A stretch of 64,000 bases of DNA from Trypanosoma brucei (lineage: Eukaryota). The DNA is taken from positions 1,600,001 to 1,664,000 of the forward strand of contig CH464491.1 of NCBI GenBank assembly GCA_000002445.1, written 5' to 3'. Shown one piece after another: positions 21,157 to 31,013 of this stretch. The stretch's first letter is position 1, and every line of letters begins with the position of its first letter. The translations under genes and the position numbers were made by a program. The notes below the pieces were generated by a model that was not told the DNA's origin, did no database searches, and saw only the letters and a program-made list of their open reading frames with translations.

Positions 21157-21978
21157 ATGGACTACCGTGGAAAGCACGTCGCGTCGGTGAATTATGACAA
21201 CTTCTTGCAAGAGGCACCGCGGTTTAACCCCCGCGAGAAACTGAAGCGTTCGGGCAGCCCACTCTTCTATTCACGGAGCTTCAGGGAGCATATTCCGACA
21301 TTCCCAACAGTCGCAGGGGCTTTTCGCCCGTCTTCAGCGATAACGTGGGTGAAGGGGAAAAATGAATTTGACAGACAGCTGCAGTCGCACCGCCGTTACC
21401 ATTCCCTATTAGAGAATAGGAGGAACGTCGATAAACTGCGCCACGTTCTTTCCACAAAGGCAGCAACTCTTAGCTCTAAGGAAGCTCAGGAAGCACATGA
21501 AAGTACCGTCGCGTTACTATCGACAAGAAGCAACTCGGTTGTTACAACGCTTGGTCCATTGTCATCTTGCAACACCACATTTAACAGCGACACTTCCACA
21601 TTCTCAACACCGCAACGCCTAAAGTCTGTGGACAGCATAGTGGCGGATCTCACAATTATCCGTGAAGCGGCGGAGTGTCAGTCTTCCTCCCGCCAACTTC
21701 GGTCGAACACCAACGGTTCCCTTTGCAGTGAAGGCTGTACGGGTTTAACTCACCTACCCACGTTTTGCGTCCGCCACGGGTGTTTGTTCGTAAATAGTCG
21801 CGCTAATCGGCGAACGGAACAAACGTTTGTCGACCGTTTCACTTCCTCTGAACTACCGGCAGAAATCCCAATGGGCCACGATAATTCCTTCACGCAAATG
21901 ATGGGAAACAAATGTGGCAGTCGCCATATCGATGAAAGACTTCTTACCCTTCTGCGTGCGAGAGACGTGAGCGCCTGA
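21157..21978 (+). CDS. Hypothetical protein (273 aa, S/T/R-rich)
   Basis: + ORF with an ATG start in the same-strand array. No recognisable domain. Confidence 0.4.
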   Translation: MDYRGKHVASVNYDNFLQEAPRFNPREKLKRSGSPLFYSRSFREHIPTFPTVAGAFRPSSAITWVKGKNEFDRQLQSHRRYHSLLENRRNVDKLRHVLSTKAATLSSKEAQEAHESTVALLSTRSNSVVTTLGPLSSCNTTFNSDTSTFSTPQRLKSVDSIVADLTIIREAAECQSSSRQLRSNTNGSLCSEGCTGLTHLPTFCVRHGCLFVNSRANRRTEQTFVDRFTSSELPAEIPMGHDNSFTQMMGNKCGSRHIDERLLTLLRARDVSA

Positions 21979-23029
21979 AGGAATTTAAAAACAAAAAAGG
22001 GAGGAAAGGAGGCGACAGCTTGACCAACTCAGTAGGGTTCCTTCTGGTTTCACCTGGGTTGAGACGAGGGAAGTTCCGCATGGCACACTGCAATGAAGAT
22101 AACCACAATAAGAATTAAAAATGTAGGGGAGATCCAGGCACATGTATACATATATGTTGTTTTAGCCCCCTCCTTCTCTCTCTTTCTCTATGCATCTCCG
22201 TATATTTATTAATTTATGTATGTATTCGTATCCTTTTATGTAACCGACCGCAAATACGAGGTCAGGTCTTCCGTTTCATCAGCAATTGGAGTGAATGAAG
22301 TTAAAGGGTCATTTGTGGGAAATATGCGTTGTTGTGCTCCTTTTTTTCAAAAAAAAACCCTCTTCTTCCCTTCCATTTCTGGTTGTTACGGTTATTCTTT
22401 TCGCTTTTCTCACCTTGCACAATCAGACCGTGAAGTGGTAGTCACTTCGTCGCAAAAGGGTGTGAAAGGTTCTCAACACTTATGCACGAGTAGGGTCGAT
22501 GTATTCTTCCATAGTTGTAACTAATACTGTCCATTTCCCCCTCGTTTCTTCCTTCCCTTTTCCGTTCTTTTTTTTTTTCTTGACCATTTTCGGTTTTTTA
22601 CAGGTCTTGTCTTTTTATTTCATGGTTGTGAGTTGCTGATTAAAAAAGAAAATTGAGAGGATGGAGGTCAGATAACAAGAACAACACACCTGGAAAAGAA
22701 ACGGCGCCAGGGCGGCGTTGTGCGATATGTGAGTAAGCATTGTGGGGAAAGGGGAGTAAATATTGTTTTAAAAAGTTCAGAGGAGCAGCAAACTTTTTTT
22801 TTTTCGTAACTGGCAATACAGCAAAAGGAATCATGTCCCGCTGCGCATGCTGCACCCTGCGCGCACGGTGGGATCTCATAACGAGCAGCAATCAAAAGAA
22901 GAGATGGGAGTATTGAATTGATCAGGGAGATGTAAGAAATGGACGAGGAATTTGCAGGAAAATTTTCTCTCATTAGCCTCACAATTATTTCAATATCTAG
23001 TTTGCTCCTTCACCCCCCCCCCACTGTTT

Positions 23030-23200
23030 TTCAGGTTTCGGTTTCAACTAGGACAGTACCTTTTCAGCTGCTGTGCTTCGTTTCCCACCGCCACCTCCTC
23101 TCATTGTCGTAACTGCTTCCCTCTGCAATGTTGTTCTCCTCTTGACGGCACGTATTTGTTGCATTATGTTTTTTTTTGTTTAGGCTTGCGGGTTGGATTG
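23030..23200 (+). promoter_or_regulatory. Extended poly-pyrimidine region upstream of the gene at 23258 (candidate trans-splice acceptor region)
   Basis: About 170 nt of C/T-rich + strand sequence (cacccccccccactgtttttcaggtttcggtttcaactagg ... tttttttttgtttagg) ending in AG, about 60 nt upstream of the ATG. Confidence 0.4.
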
Positions 23201-23257
23201 GTGTCTTGTGGCATCACACTGCGGCCATCTACAGGAAAAGTAGTGAAATAACGGGAT

Positions 23258-25759
23258 ATGCCTTTGTTTTCGTATGAGTGTCACTGTGGTTATTTAGTTC
23301 TCGTCGAATGTGATGGTTGCCCGGAAGGGGCAGCACAAAATTTGTCAGCGGAGCTCCGGCGCCTCCCCTCTGATGCTGTAGGGTTATGTTCTGGCTTGCC
23401 ACCACTACTTGTGACCAACAAGTACTTCACAGCAATGGTTCAGACTGTTATTATCTGTGCACATGATTTTTCCTTCGGCACTGAACTCAATGTGAGCTCA
23501 GTGGGATTTGTTTTTCTCGTTGGTGATGCAACTTCTGCCGATAGCGTTCCGTGGCACAGCGCTCCAATGTCATGTCTGATTCGTGTGGTGATGTGCTATG
23601 GTAGTTGTGGTGCAACAAGGGATTTAATGCATGATGCTTGCGTGCTCAACAACTTTGAGTTGATTACACATGGGGAGGCGTATGAAATGCTTTCACCCGG
23701 GGTAGAAACACGAGGGCTACTGGGCGGTGACTTAGTTGGAGCGGCACGGCTCATCCAGATATTGCATAATACCGTATGGCCTGAAAACACACGAGTACCA
23801 CATGACGACGCGAAGACCATCAGTGGGACTGTAAGTAAAAATCTTGTTGTATTCGTTGGCGCAGACAGTGAGGAAGTAATGAACTGTATTGCAGCCACGG
23901 TTGGAAATGAAGTTGTTAACTACACTGAGCATTTCCGATTCACTGGATTTTGGCCACCGAAAACTGTGGTAAGTGGAAGTGAACGGGATCAAAGGGGGTT
24001 GAAAAGGACAGAAACCTTGGAAGCACCGCACAAGAGCTTTAGAGAGGGCTTATGCGGGACCACATTGACGGTTGCCAACGAGCATTATGTTTCGTCACTG
24101 GGTGTTGAATTCGTCCACCCCGTCATGTTCTTCCCGGCTATGGCAGATCTCTTTATGGTCAAATACGGTGGCCGCCATGCCCAGCTTGCTGTTGTTTGTT
24201 GGCCTCCGTTGCAACATTTTCAAAAGGTAGGCGCGGCTAATGGAGGTAATGCCCCCGTCAGGCGCTTATCATTGCCAGTTTTCATTGAACAAATTAAGCG
24301 ATGGGGTGTGGAGCGGTGCGTGGTAGCCGCCACAATGGATACCGATGAAGAGGATACCATTTCACCGTTTGAGGCACATTTTTGTGCCGAGGGGGGTATA
24401 GAAATTGTGCACGGCGTTTTCAAAGCAGCTGACAAGAAACACACACACGATATCAACATCACTGCGGTTGGAATGGCACGACTGCTGGAGATGTTACACG
24501 AAGCAAAGTGGCCAGAACGACAGAGATTGATTAAACTCAGCGAGTCCTTGTCATCAGACTCTCAGGTGAATCGTGTCCTCTTCTGGTCAAAGGCAACAAC
24601 AACCGTTGAAGAAGAAACAATTCTTTTCCAAGTGCTGAGGGATATGGAAGTAATAACCCCTCGTACTGCAGGTGAGCAATGGAAGGTTGTGCTTCCCCCA
24701 ACTTTGGCATCTGCGGTTAGAAAAGGGCCACTGGCAGTCACGACAGCTCGGAACAGATACTTTGAAGCGGCGATTTCTGTTCATTGCTACGGTGGGGCGC
24801 GTGCCCTAACAAAAAGAGACTCACCGTCATCAGCCGAGGAGCTGAGCCCCTTCGGTGTTGTCATTATTCTGACAACTACGCAATCATGTAAAAGAGAGAG
24901 CAGAAATGGTTTGCTCACAATTCTTAGCAACTGCCGTGCTTCCGCACGTGGCGGTCATTGCAGGGGTGACTTGGTTCTCAACGGTCCACACGGCTGCGAA
25001 TCGGAAATGACGCAGAGTTTGTGTGCGGCTACGGAGGTTGAACAAGCCTTTGTACTCTATATTGTGGATGGTGACGAAAACAACGATGCGCTTGTGGACG
25101 ATATAGAGGACATTATAAAAGAACTGATGTCAGATAGTGAAGTATCGAAGTGTACACACCCATCTGGTGGAGGTGCGGAGGAGGATTGGGCTAAGGGCAG
25201 CAATGGCGACGGTTCTTCGGAGGATCTTCCTCTGCGCACTGACGATGACGGTTGCGAAGGCAGTTTCGATGACCTCATGTCGGTTGTTCCGCAGATCGAG
25301 GTGGTGTATGGTGCGGGACCTGAGGACGGAATTGCGCGGTTACGAGAAATTATGAACCAACATATGTGGTCAAATCGTGTAATGGTGGATAAGTGTATCA
25401 GAAGCCACAATGGCAGTACTAGTAGCAGCAGGAATGCTTCTTTCAGCACCATTAAAGCAGAGAAGGTAAATGATCCTTCCGTACCCCACAATGTTAACAT
25501 TTCAGAAGCGGAAGAGGTTGATGTGGTGCGTGTTGGTTGCGAATTACCTCCAAATTATTTGATAGATCCTCTGACTCGGAAATCTGTTTGGGTTGAAGCG
25601 CTTAATGGTACTGCGTTGGAGGGAGAGCAGCAGCAGCAACAGCTCATGTACTGGATTGACACTATGAAACAGCATGGGCACCGGTTATCACGCACTACGC
25701 GACAGCGTCAGGCCGAAATACTCTCCAAGAAACTGGGCGAAGAGTTGGGGGTGTCATAA
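23258..25759 (+). CDS. Hypothetical protein (833 aa); C-terminal segment weakly U-box-like
   Basis: + ORF with an ATG start. C-terminal ELPPNYLIDPLTRKSVWVEALNGTALEGEQQQQQLMYWID loosely resembles the P-x-x-F-x-C-P-I-x-x-x-x-M-x-D-P-V core of a U-box. This is a weak eyeball match only. Confidence 0.5.
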   Translation: MPLFSYECHCGYLVLVECDGCPEGAAQNLSAELRRLPSDAVGLCSGLPPLLVTNKYFTAMVQTVIICAHDFSFGTELNVSSVGFVFLVGDATSADSVPWHSAPMSCLIRVVMCYGSCGATRDLMHDACVLNNFELITHGEAYEMLSPGVETRGLLGGDLVGAARLIQILHNTVWPENTRVPHDDAKTISGTVSKNLVVFVGADSEEVMNCIAATVGNEVVNYTEHFRFTGFWPPKTVVSGSERDQRGLKRTETLEAPHKSFREGLCGTTLTVANEHYVSSLGVEFVHPVMFFPAMADLFMVKYGGRHAQLAVVCWPPLQHFQKVGAANGGNAPVRRLSLPVFIEQIKRWGVERCVVAATMDTDEEDTISPFEAHFCAEGGIEIVHGVFKAADKKHTHDINITAVGMARLLEMLHEAKWPERQRLIKLSESLSSDSQVNRVLFWSKATTTVEEETILFQVLRDMEVITPRTAGEQWKVVLPPTLASAVRKGPLAVTTARNRYFEAAISVHCYGGARALTKRDSPSSAEELSPFGVVIILTTTQSCKRESRNGLLTILSNCRASARGGHCRGDLVLNGPHGCESEMTQSLCAATEVEQAFVLYIVDGDENNDALVDDIEDIIKELMSDSEVSKCTHPSGGGAEEDWAKGSNGDGSSEDLPLRTDDDGCEGSFDDLMSVVPQIEVVYGAGPEDGIARLREIMNQHMWSNRVMVDKCIRSHNGSTSSSRNASFSTIKAEKVNDPSVPHNVNISEAEEVDVVRVGCELPPNYLIDPLTRKSVWVEALNGTALEGEQQQQQLMYWIDTMKQHGHRLSRTTRQRQAEILSKKLGEELGVS

Positions 25760-26135
25760 TGTCGACCACTTCTTCATGGAATTTTATTTATTTATTTGTT
25801 TGGAGGGGATGATATCGTCATCCACAGTATCGTTGTTGTTCACTCCGCTCTAGTACTTGGAGAGTACCGGATTGTGGTAGTGTGTTACTTTTCTGTCATT
25901 CAGCTCCGAGGAGAAAAAAGAAAAATTGCCCCCCCCTTACACTTCACCATATTCTGACTTGTCATTGTTTTCCCTGAAGTCTTACTTGCTTTTGCTGTCT
26001 TAGTTGGGTCCGTTGCGCAGCCAACAGTTATCACAGTTAACAGGTTCCCTCGTACATACACAGGTGGATAGACAAGGCGTAATCGGCTAACTTAATTTAG
26101 CATATATCAGAGACTGAGGTGTTAGGTAGTGCTTC

Positions 26136-26168
26136 TGTGTGTGTGTGTGTGTGTGTCTGTGTCTGTTG
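26136..26168. repeat. (GT)n microsatellite
   Basis: tgtgtgtgtgtgtgtgtgtgtgtctgtgtctg run. Confidence 0.9.
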
Positions 26169-26235
26169 TTTTTTTTTTTGACAGAAAAGGTTGGGGATAC
26201 ATCAATTTTTTGTTCATACTTTTATCCATAGGCAC

Positions 26236-26856
26236 ATGAGTGCACGGGGTTCCCAACAGCAGTCGACCGCGACAGCTTCAATCCCACTTAACCTTTCCTT
26301 CGGAAATTTCGACTTCGATGAGACGAAACGTTTAGGGCAGCGTGGAGGTGGTGTCCGTGAGTTGGCAAAGTCGCTACGACGTGCCCAAAGGCAGGCGGCT
26401 GCACACTCGCAAATGCTCAAAAATCGTGGGGGTCTCGAGCAACGTAATGCAGAACTACTCGGCACGGCAATGCGACGGGCTGCAGGAGAGCGAGTGAAGG
26501 ATGACCCAAAACGGTTAGCAAAAGCTCTGGCAAAGAGACGGAGTAAAAAGCGGACCTCTGCGAGAAAATGGGCGGGGAGGTTGGAACAAATTCAGCAGTC
26601 TGTTGATAACGTCGTAGAGGATCGCGCCACGACACGTGCGAAGAAGCGGCGGGTAGGAAAAACTGGAGGTGATAGTGGAAAGAAGAAGGCTGCAAAGACA
26701 TTTGGCGACAAGGGTAACCGCAAAGGCAACAACAAGAAAGGCAGACGTGGTGGTGGTGTTGGTCCTTCTACCGGGAAAAAAGGAAGAGTGGGGGGCTTTG
26801 CGAAGAAGGGTGCGGCACCCACTGGAAAAAAGGGGCGCCCCAAAGGATCAAAATAG
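26236..26856 (+). CDS. Small very basic Lys/Arg/Gly-rich protein, nucleolar ribosome-biogenesis type (possibly SURF6/Rrp14-like)
   Basis: ORF track gives 26191-26856 with a TTG start; the first in-frame ATG is at 26236. Composition is KKRR/GKKG-rich. The segment KRRSKKRTSARKWAGRLEQIQQ resembles the K-x-W-x-x-R-x-E core of the SURF6 C-terminal domain. Tentative. Confidence 0.4.
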   Translation: MSARGSQQQSTATASIPLNLSFGNFDFDETKRLGQRGGGVRELAKSLRRAQRQAAAHSQMLKNRGGLEQRNAELLGTAMRRAAGERVKDDPKRLAKALAKRRSKKRTSARKWAGRLEQIQQSVDNVVEDRATTRAKKRRVGKTGGDSGKKKAAKTFGDKGNRKGNNKKGRRGGGVGPSTGKKGRVGGFAKKGAAPTGKKGRPKGSK

Positions 26857-27524
26857 TTCGGTACAGGTTTGAAAGTGAGTAAAATTAAGGGAACGGGTGC
26901 GGTGGTAACCAAAGAAAAGTGTTTCTGCATATACCGTCAATCAGCTCATGCAGGTGCTAATATAGTACGATTAAGCAGAATACTGTTGAACCATTACAAT
27001 CCCTTCATTCCGTCGGTGGTAAAGGGTATGTCGCTTCGAATAATTTTTTCTTAAAAGACGATGGCCGGCACGATTATTAACCCCGCTCCCGCACAATGAA
27101 TGAGTTGATGTCACTCATATGGAAGGGTATTTTTTGTCGGTGCTTGTGCCGTGGTTACACCCTGTAAAAAGGCGGGTAAATACCACTTCGTGTTCGTGTG
27201 TCGATTTTCGCTCGAAATGGAATACATACTGAATTGTATACGGTTTTCCAATGCTTGCTAAGCTCCTTATGTTCGTTACTTTTTTCCTTCACTTTTTTTT
27301 CTGTTTTGAACGGTTTTCTTTTTTTTTTTTACATTACGGAGAGGCGGCGTCATTCCAATTGAGCCACTGAAGACGGAGCTCGTTTTGTGGTGAGTTTAAC
27401 GAATAATTTTATATATTGAAAACGAATTTAACCAGAAAAGGGGGAAATTTGAAGGCGAAACAAGCAAGCAAAATAAAACCTAAATAAAAGGTTGAAGGAT
27501 TGTCCAGGTGAAGGAGCAAAAAGC

Positions 27525-28433
27525 ATGCTTCGCCGGCTCAACCTCCGTGTGACATCCTGCATCGCTCTGAAGCATGAGGCAGCGATCGTGCCGAGTCTCA
27601 TGACTGGAACGCAGTTGTTCCATAAAGGGCAACTTCAGTTATGTACAGAGGTGAAGGAAACGACATCATTTTGCCAGCAACAGAGATGCTTTCACACACA
27701 ACCCGTATGTCACATGCGCGTTGCGGGGAGCATTAAACCGCAAACTTCCCCAATGAATTTTGACGGAAGCAGCAGCGGCAGCGGAAATACCGCTGACAGC
27801 CTTACACCATATGTTCGAGAACATCTCTTCAAGGTGTACGGTCTCTTGGCAGCTGGATGCGTAGCGGCAGGATTTGGTTCGGTCCTTATGTTCGCCACAC
27901 CGCTCTGCAAGACGGTGCCCTTTTGGCTTCCCATGGCTGCTGGTTTTGTGCCTTTGCTGTGGCTCAGCTTTGCACCACCACAAAATCCCAATTTGAAAAT
28001 GGGCCTTTTCTTCGCCTTTACAGTACTAGAGGGAATGGCTCTCGCTCCTTTGATTGCTTCTTCCATGGCTAAGGGAGTACTGGGTACAGCAATTGTTTTG
28101 ACAGGAGCTGTCTTTTGTGGCTTCAGCGCAGGTGCATATTTGGCACCTCGCGCTTCACTGCTTGCACTGCAGGGGCCGCTGTTTGGGATGCTTCTCGGAA
28201 TGGTGGCGATATCGGTCCTGAATCTCTTCTACCCTACGGCATTTGTACACTCGATTATTTTATACGGTGGATTGGCCCTATTCTCAGTGATGGTGTCCGT
28301 GGATACTCAGGCAATGATCGAGCGGGCACGCTGTGGTGCAGGGGACGTTGTTCAGGACGCTTTACAGATGTTCATGAATGTTGTCAACATCTTTGTTCGT
28401 ATTGCACAGATTCTGGGTTCTGGTGACCGTTAA
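27525..28433 (+). CDS. Bax inhibitor-1 / TMBIM / GHITM-family multi-pass membrane protein with N-terminal extension
   Basis: First ATG at 27525 (the ORF track begins at TTG 27492). About 7 hydrophobic helices. C-terminal region carries VSVDTQAMIERARCGAGDVVQDALQMFMNVVNIFVRI. The DTQ motif followed by a charged region and a final hydrophobic segment is characteristic of BI-1/TMBIM proteins. The N-terminal 90 aa, rich in R/K/S/T, could be a mitochondrial presequence as in GHITM. Confidence 0.6.
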   Translation: MLRRLNLRVTSCIALKHEAAIVPSLMTGTQLFHKGQLQLCTEVKETTSFCQQQRCFHTQPVCHMRVAGSIKPQTSPMNFDGSSSGSGNTADSLTPYVREHLFKVYGLLAAGCVAAGFGSVLMFATPLCKTVPFWLPMAAGFVPLLWLSFAPPQNPNLKMGLFFAFTVLEGMALAPLIASSMAKGVLGTAIVLTGAVFCGFSAGAYLAPRASLLALQGPLFGMLLGMVAISVLNLFYPTAFVHSIILYGGLALFSVMVSVDTQAMIERARCGAGDVVQDALQMFMNVVNIFVRIAQILGSGDR

Positions 28434-28737
28434 TGTTGATGTGGTGGAGCACATGAGGCTCGAAATAACGTGTCTACAGATCTTGAAGAAAGGAGAATAA
28501 TAACGCTGAGCAAAGCATTTTCTTGCTTCTCTCTCTCCTTATACTTTTTTTTTCTATCCGGGACCGGAATTTCTCTGCTTTTGATTTCTTTTGTTGCCTA
28601 CTCCACATCTTTTGCGCTCTCTTCGGTTTTCCCCAAATAGAATTTGAAGTTGCCTGTCTTTAGGGAGGAAGCGGTGATGTCTAGGTGAGGAAGCGAACGA
28701 CGCTAACACTGAAAAAATAAAAGTGTGTGCAATGCGT

Positions 28738-28763
28738 TTGTGTGTGTGTGTGTGTGTGTGTGG
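28738..28763. repeat. (TG)n microsatellite
   Basis: tgtgtgtgtgtgtgtgtgtgtgtg run. Confidence 0.9.
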
Positions 28764-29506
28764 AAAGAAGTTTGACGTAATAGTAATCACACGGAAGACA
28801 AATGAGCACTTAATACTAAAGAAAGAAAAGGAAGGGACAAGTGGAAGTACAGATGACTGAAGGTGGCGACCGAGGAATGGGATGAGGGAAAGTGGAGTAG
28901 GGAAAGAAAGAAAGAACCGTTGAATCAGACATTAAGGCACGCGTGGCTCAATGGCATAGTGAGTTATTGTGTTTGTTACGCTATACGGATAATTACTGAC
29001 ATGCCGAGGGAGAGAACCATATCTTTGGTGAAGAATGGTTTTGTTGCCGCTGCATGGATTGACTGCAAAAAGTTAGGAAATATTTCTGGAAGTGTGCGGA
29101 GGTGCATACTTCCCGATACATGGGTAACGAATTGTGCACTTTCTTTTTTTTCTTTGCAGCCGGGAACTCTGAAGGGTAAAATATCTCACAGTGGTATATT
29201 GCAAGGGAGGATGGAAGACGATTACGTTATTACTTTTTACCATTGTCGGTAATCCTGGATTTTCCCACCCCGTGTCAAACAGTGGTAATTTTTTGGTAAG
29301 CGCTCACAGCGTTCAATAGGTACGTGGAGTTGCCTTCACTTTATGTGGTGACTAAGTTTTTAGGTTAGGCTGCTGAATTAAGTTATTAATTCATGTTTTC
29401 GTTATTATTATTATTTTTTGGGGGTTTAAAATTTATCTACCATTTCTCACGCTAGTTACTTCATTACCGTGTAGCCTTTCAGTACTGGTCGTGCACACTT
29501 CCAACT

Positions 29507-30238
29507 ATGGACGGTGTTGACGACTCCCGCTGGAATGTCGCTGACGACCGCCCGCGGCGTGCCAACCGCGGCAATATGCTCCAAAACCTTCTGGAGAAGG
29601 GCCTCAACTCTGATGAAGAAAAATTTCTTAACAACCTCAGTGATGCCACCTCTGATAGCACCTTCACAACTAGCGAGGAGGCGGTGGACGAAATTGATAG
29701 TGATTTCTCCGACGAGGAGATCGAGGGCGTTTTGGAAGGCACGACGATTGTAACGGATGCCGCATTGGAACGGGAGGAGCGGTTGGAGCGAAAAAAAGAG
29801 CGGCAAAAAAGTATGCGCCACGGAAAGTTACTGGGACGCGGTGCAGCGGTGGACCGAGAGCAAGTTGTGAAATTGCGACTGCGGCCGCCATCGACTATTC
29901 CGTTGGAGGATCGGCTCCGAGCGGCACATGAGCGAGCGAAGGAAGTGCGCGCCACAGCAGCACGGCGGAGCACCGGGGGCATTGGGGCGATGGGTTCCGT
30001 GACACATGAAATGGAAGCAGCTGCAAAGAAACGGCGTGGGTACCATTCAAGGGGTCGAGGGCTCACCAAAAACGGAGATGAGAATTCGGTGGCAAATGCA
30101 ACGGATGAGGGAGAGGTGATTCAACGTGTGCGCTACACCAGTAGTGCAAGCGTACTCGAGCTGTATGGTGTTCCTGTTGTCATATCATTCTCCAGGTGCC
30201 TCCCAACAATGTTTACCTCAGGAGCGGGTTCCAACTGA
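29507..30238 (+). CDS. YL1/Vps72/Swc2-like nuclear protein (N-terminal YL1 domain)
   Basis: ATG at 29507. N-terminus RPRRANRGNMLQNLLEKGLNSDEEKFLN...EAVDEIDSDFSDEEIEG parallels the YL1 N-domain of Vps72/Swc2 (R-x-x-AGNR-[LM]-x-x-LL-E-x-EE-DEF ... DE-[VI]-DSDFD-x-DE). A long antisense ORF (29479-30069, -) overlaps but lies against the same-strand array direction. Confidence 0.5.
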   Translation: MDGVDDSRWNVADDRPRRANRGNMLQNLLEKGLNSDEEKFLNNLSDATSDSTFTTSEEAVDEIDSDFSDEEIEGVLEGTTIVTDAALEREERLERKKERQKSMRHGKLLGRGAAVDREQVVKLRLRPPSTIPLEDRLRAAHERAKEVRATAARRSTGGIGAMGSVTHEMEAAAKKRRGYHSRGRGLTKNGDENSVANATDEGEVIQRVRYTSSASVLELYGVPVVISFSRCLPTMFTSGAGSN

Positions 30239-30683
30239 TCGGGTGATGTTGGATGATGTTTCGTGTAGTGTAACACAGATCGTTGACAGAGGGTGCATTC
30301 ACATCGATCTGGAGGCTGGCGCATTATCAACACGTGACTTACACACGTAACTGAACACGAAATCAAGTTGTGTATATCTGAGTGTCTGCACGTGTTGCAG
30401 TTTGTTATTCTCTTGTGAAGTACAATCAACATGAAAATTTTAAAATTCTTTGTTAGCCTAACTTTTCCGTGATCCCAGTCGTCTGCGACTGCAGTCTGCT
30501 TTGTACTGCGCACCCAATTTATCCTTTATGTATCTTCTTTTTTTTTTCTCTGTATGCGCACCGGTTACACTGGTTGTGGATAACCCACTCGAAGAGAGCG
30601 CTGCTCATCCGAAAGCACTGACGTAATTCTTTAAATTTTCCTGAAAGTAAAATCCTAACCACCGGGTAAAAGAAAAAGTAATA

Positions 30684-31013
30684 ATGAATGCAAACGACGA
30701 GATGAGCGCGTTGATGGACCAGAAGCGGACTGTGCAGAATGCCCTTGAGGCGCAGAAGGTTCACATTCGTGTGCAGCAGCGTAGAGGAAGGAAATTTGTT
30801 ACCTCCGTACAGGGCCTCAACCAGCAACTAAATTTCCGCCGTATTAACCGTGAGTTCATGCGCCGGTGGGGATGCAACGGGACGGTGATCACTACACCAG
30901 AGGCGGGAACTGTCATTCAGCTGCAAGGAAACTGGAGCGAAGAGATTCGCACATTCCTTCTTGAAGAGCACATGGCGACCGAGCAGAACTTAGAGATCCA
31001 CTCGCTGAACTGA
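30684..31013 (+). CDS. EIF1: Translation initiation factor eIF1 (SUI1 domain)
   Basis: 109-aa ORF. VHIRVQQRRGRKFVTSVQGL...FMRRWGCNGTVITTPEAGTVIQLQGNWSEEIRTFLLEE matches the SUI1 core (IHIRIQQRNGRKTLTTVQGI ... ACNGTV ... IQLQGDQR ... FL). Confidence 0.8.
   Translation: MNANDEMSALMDQKRTVQNALEAQKVHIRVQQRRGRKFVTSVQGLNQQLNFRRINREFMRRWGCNGTVITTPEAGTVIQLQGNWSEEIRTFLLEEHMATEQNLEIHSLN

Noticed and set aside
28863-29252. 129-aa + ORF in the intergenic region between the BI-1-like and YL1-like genes
   Set aside because: It begins at GTG, and its first ATG is 47 codons in. The purine-rich low-complexity start overlaps a (TG)n/purine UTR-like region. No motif present.
29479-30069. 196-aa minus-strand ORF overlapping the YL1-like gene
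   Set aside because: Arg/Ser/Ala-rich low-complexity translation typical of the antisense of acidic/GC-rich coding sequence. The + strand frame has a recognisable YL1 N-domain and matches the array direction.
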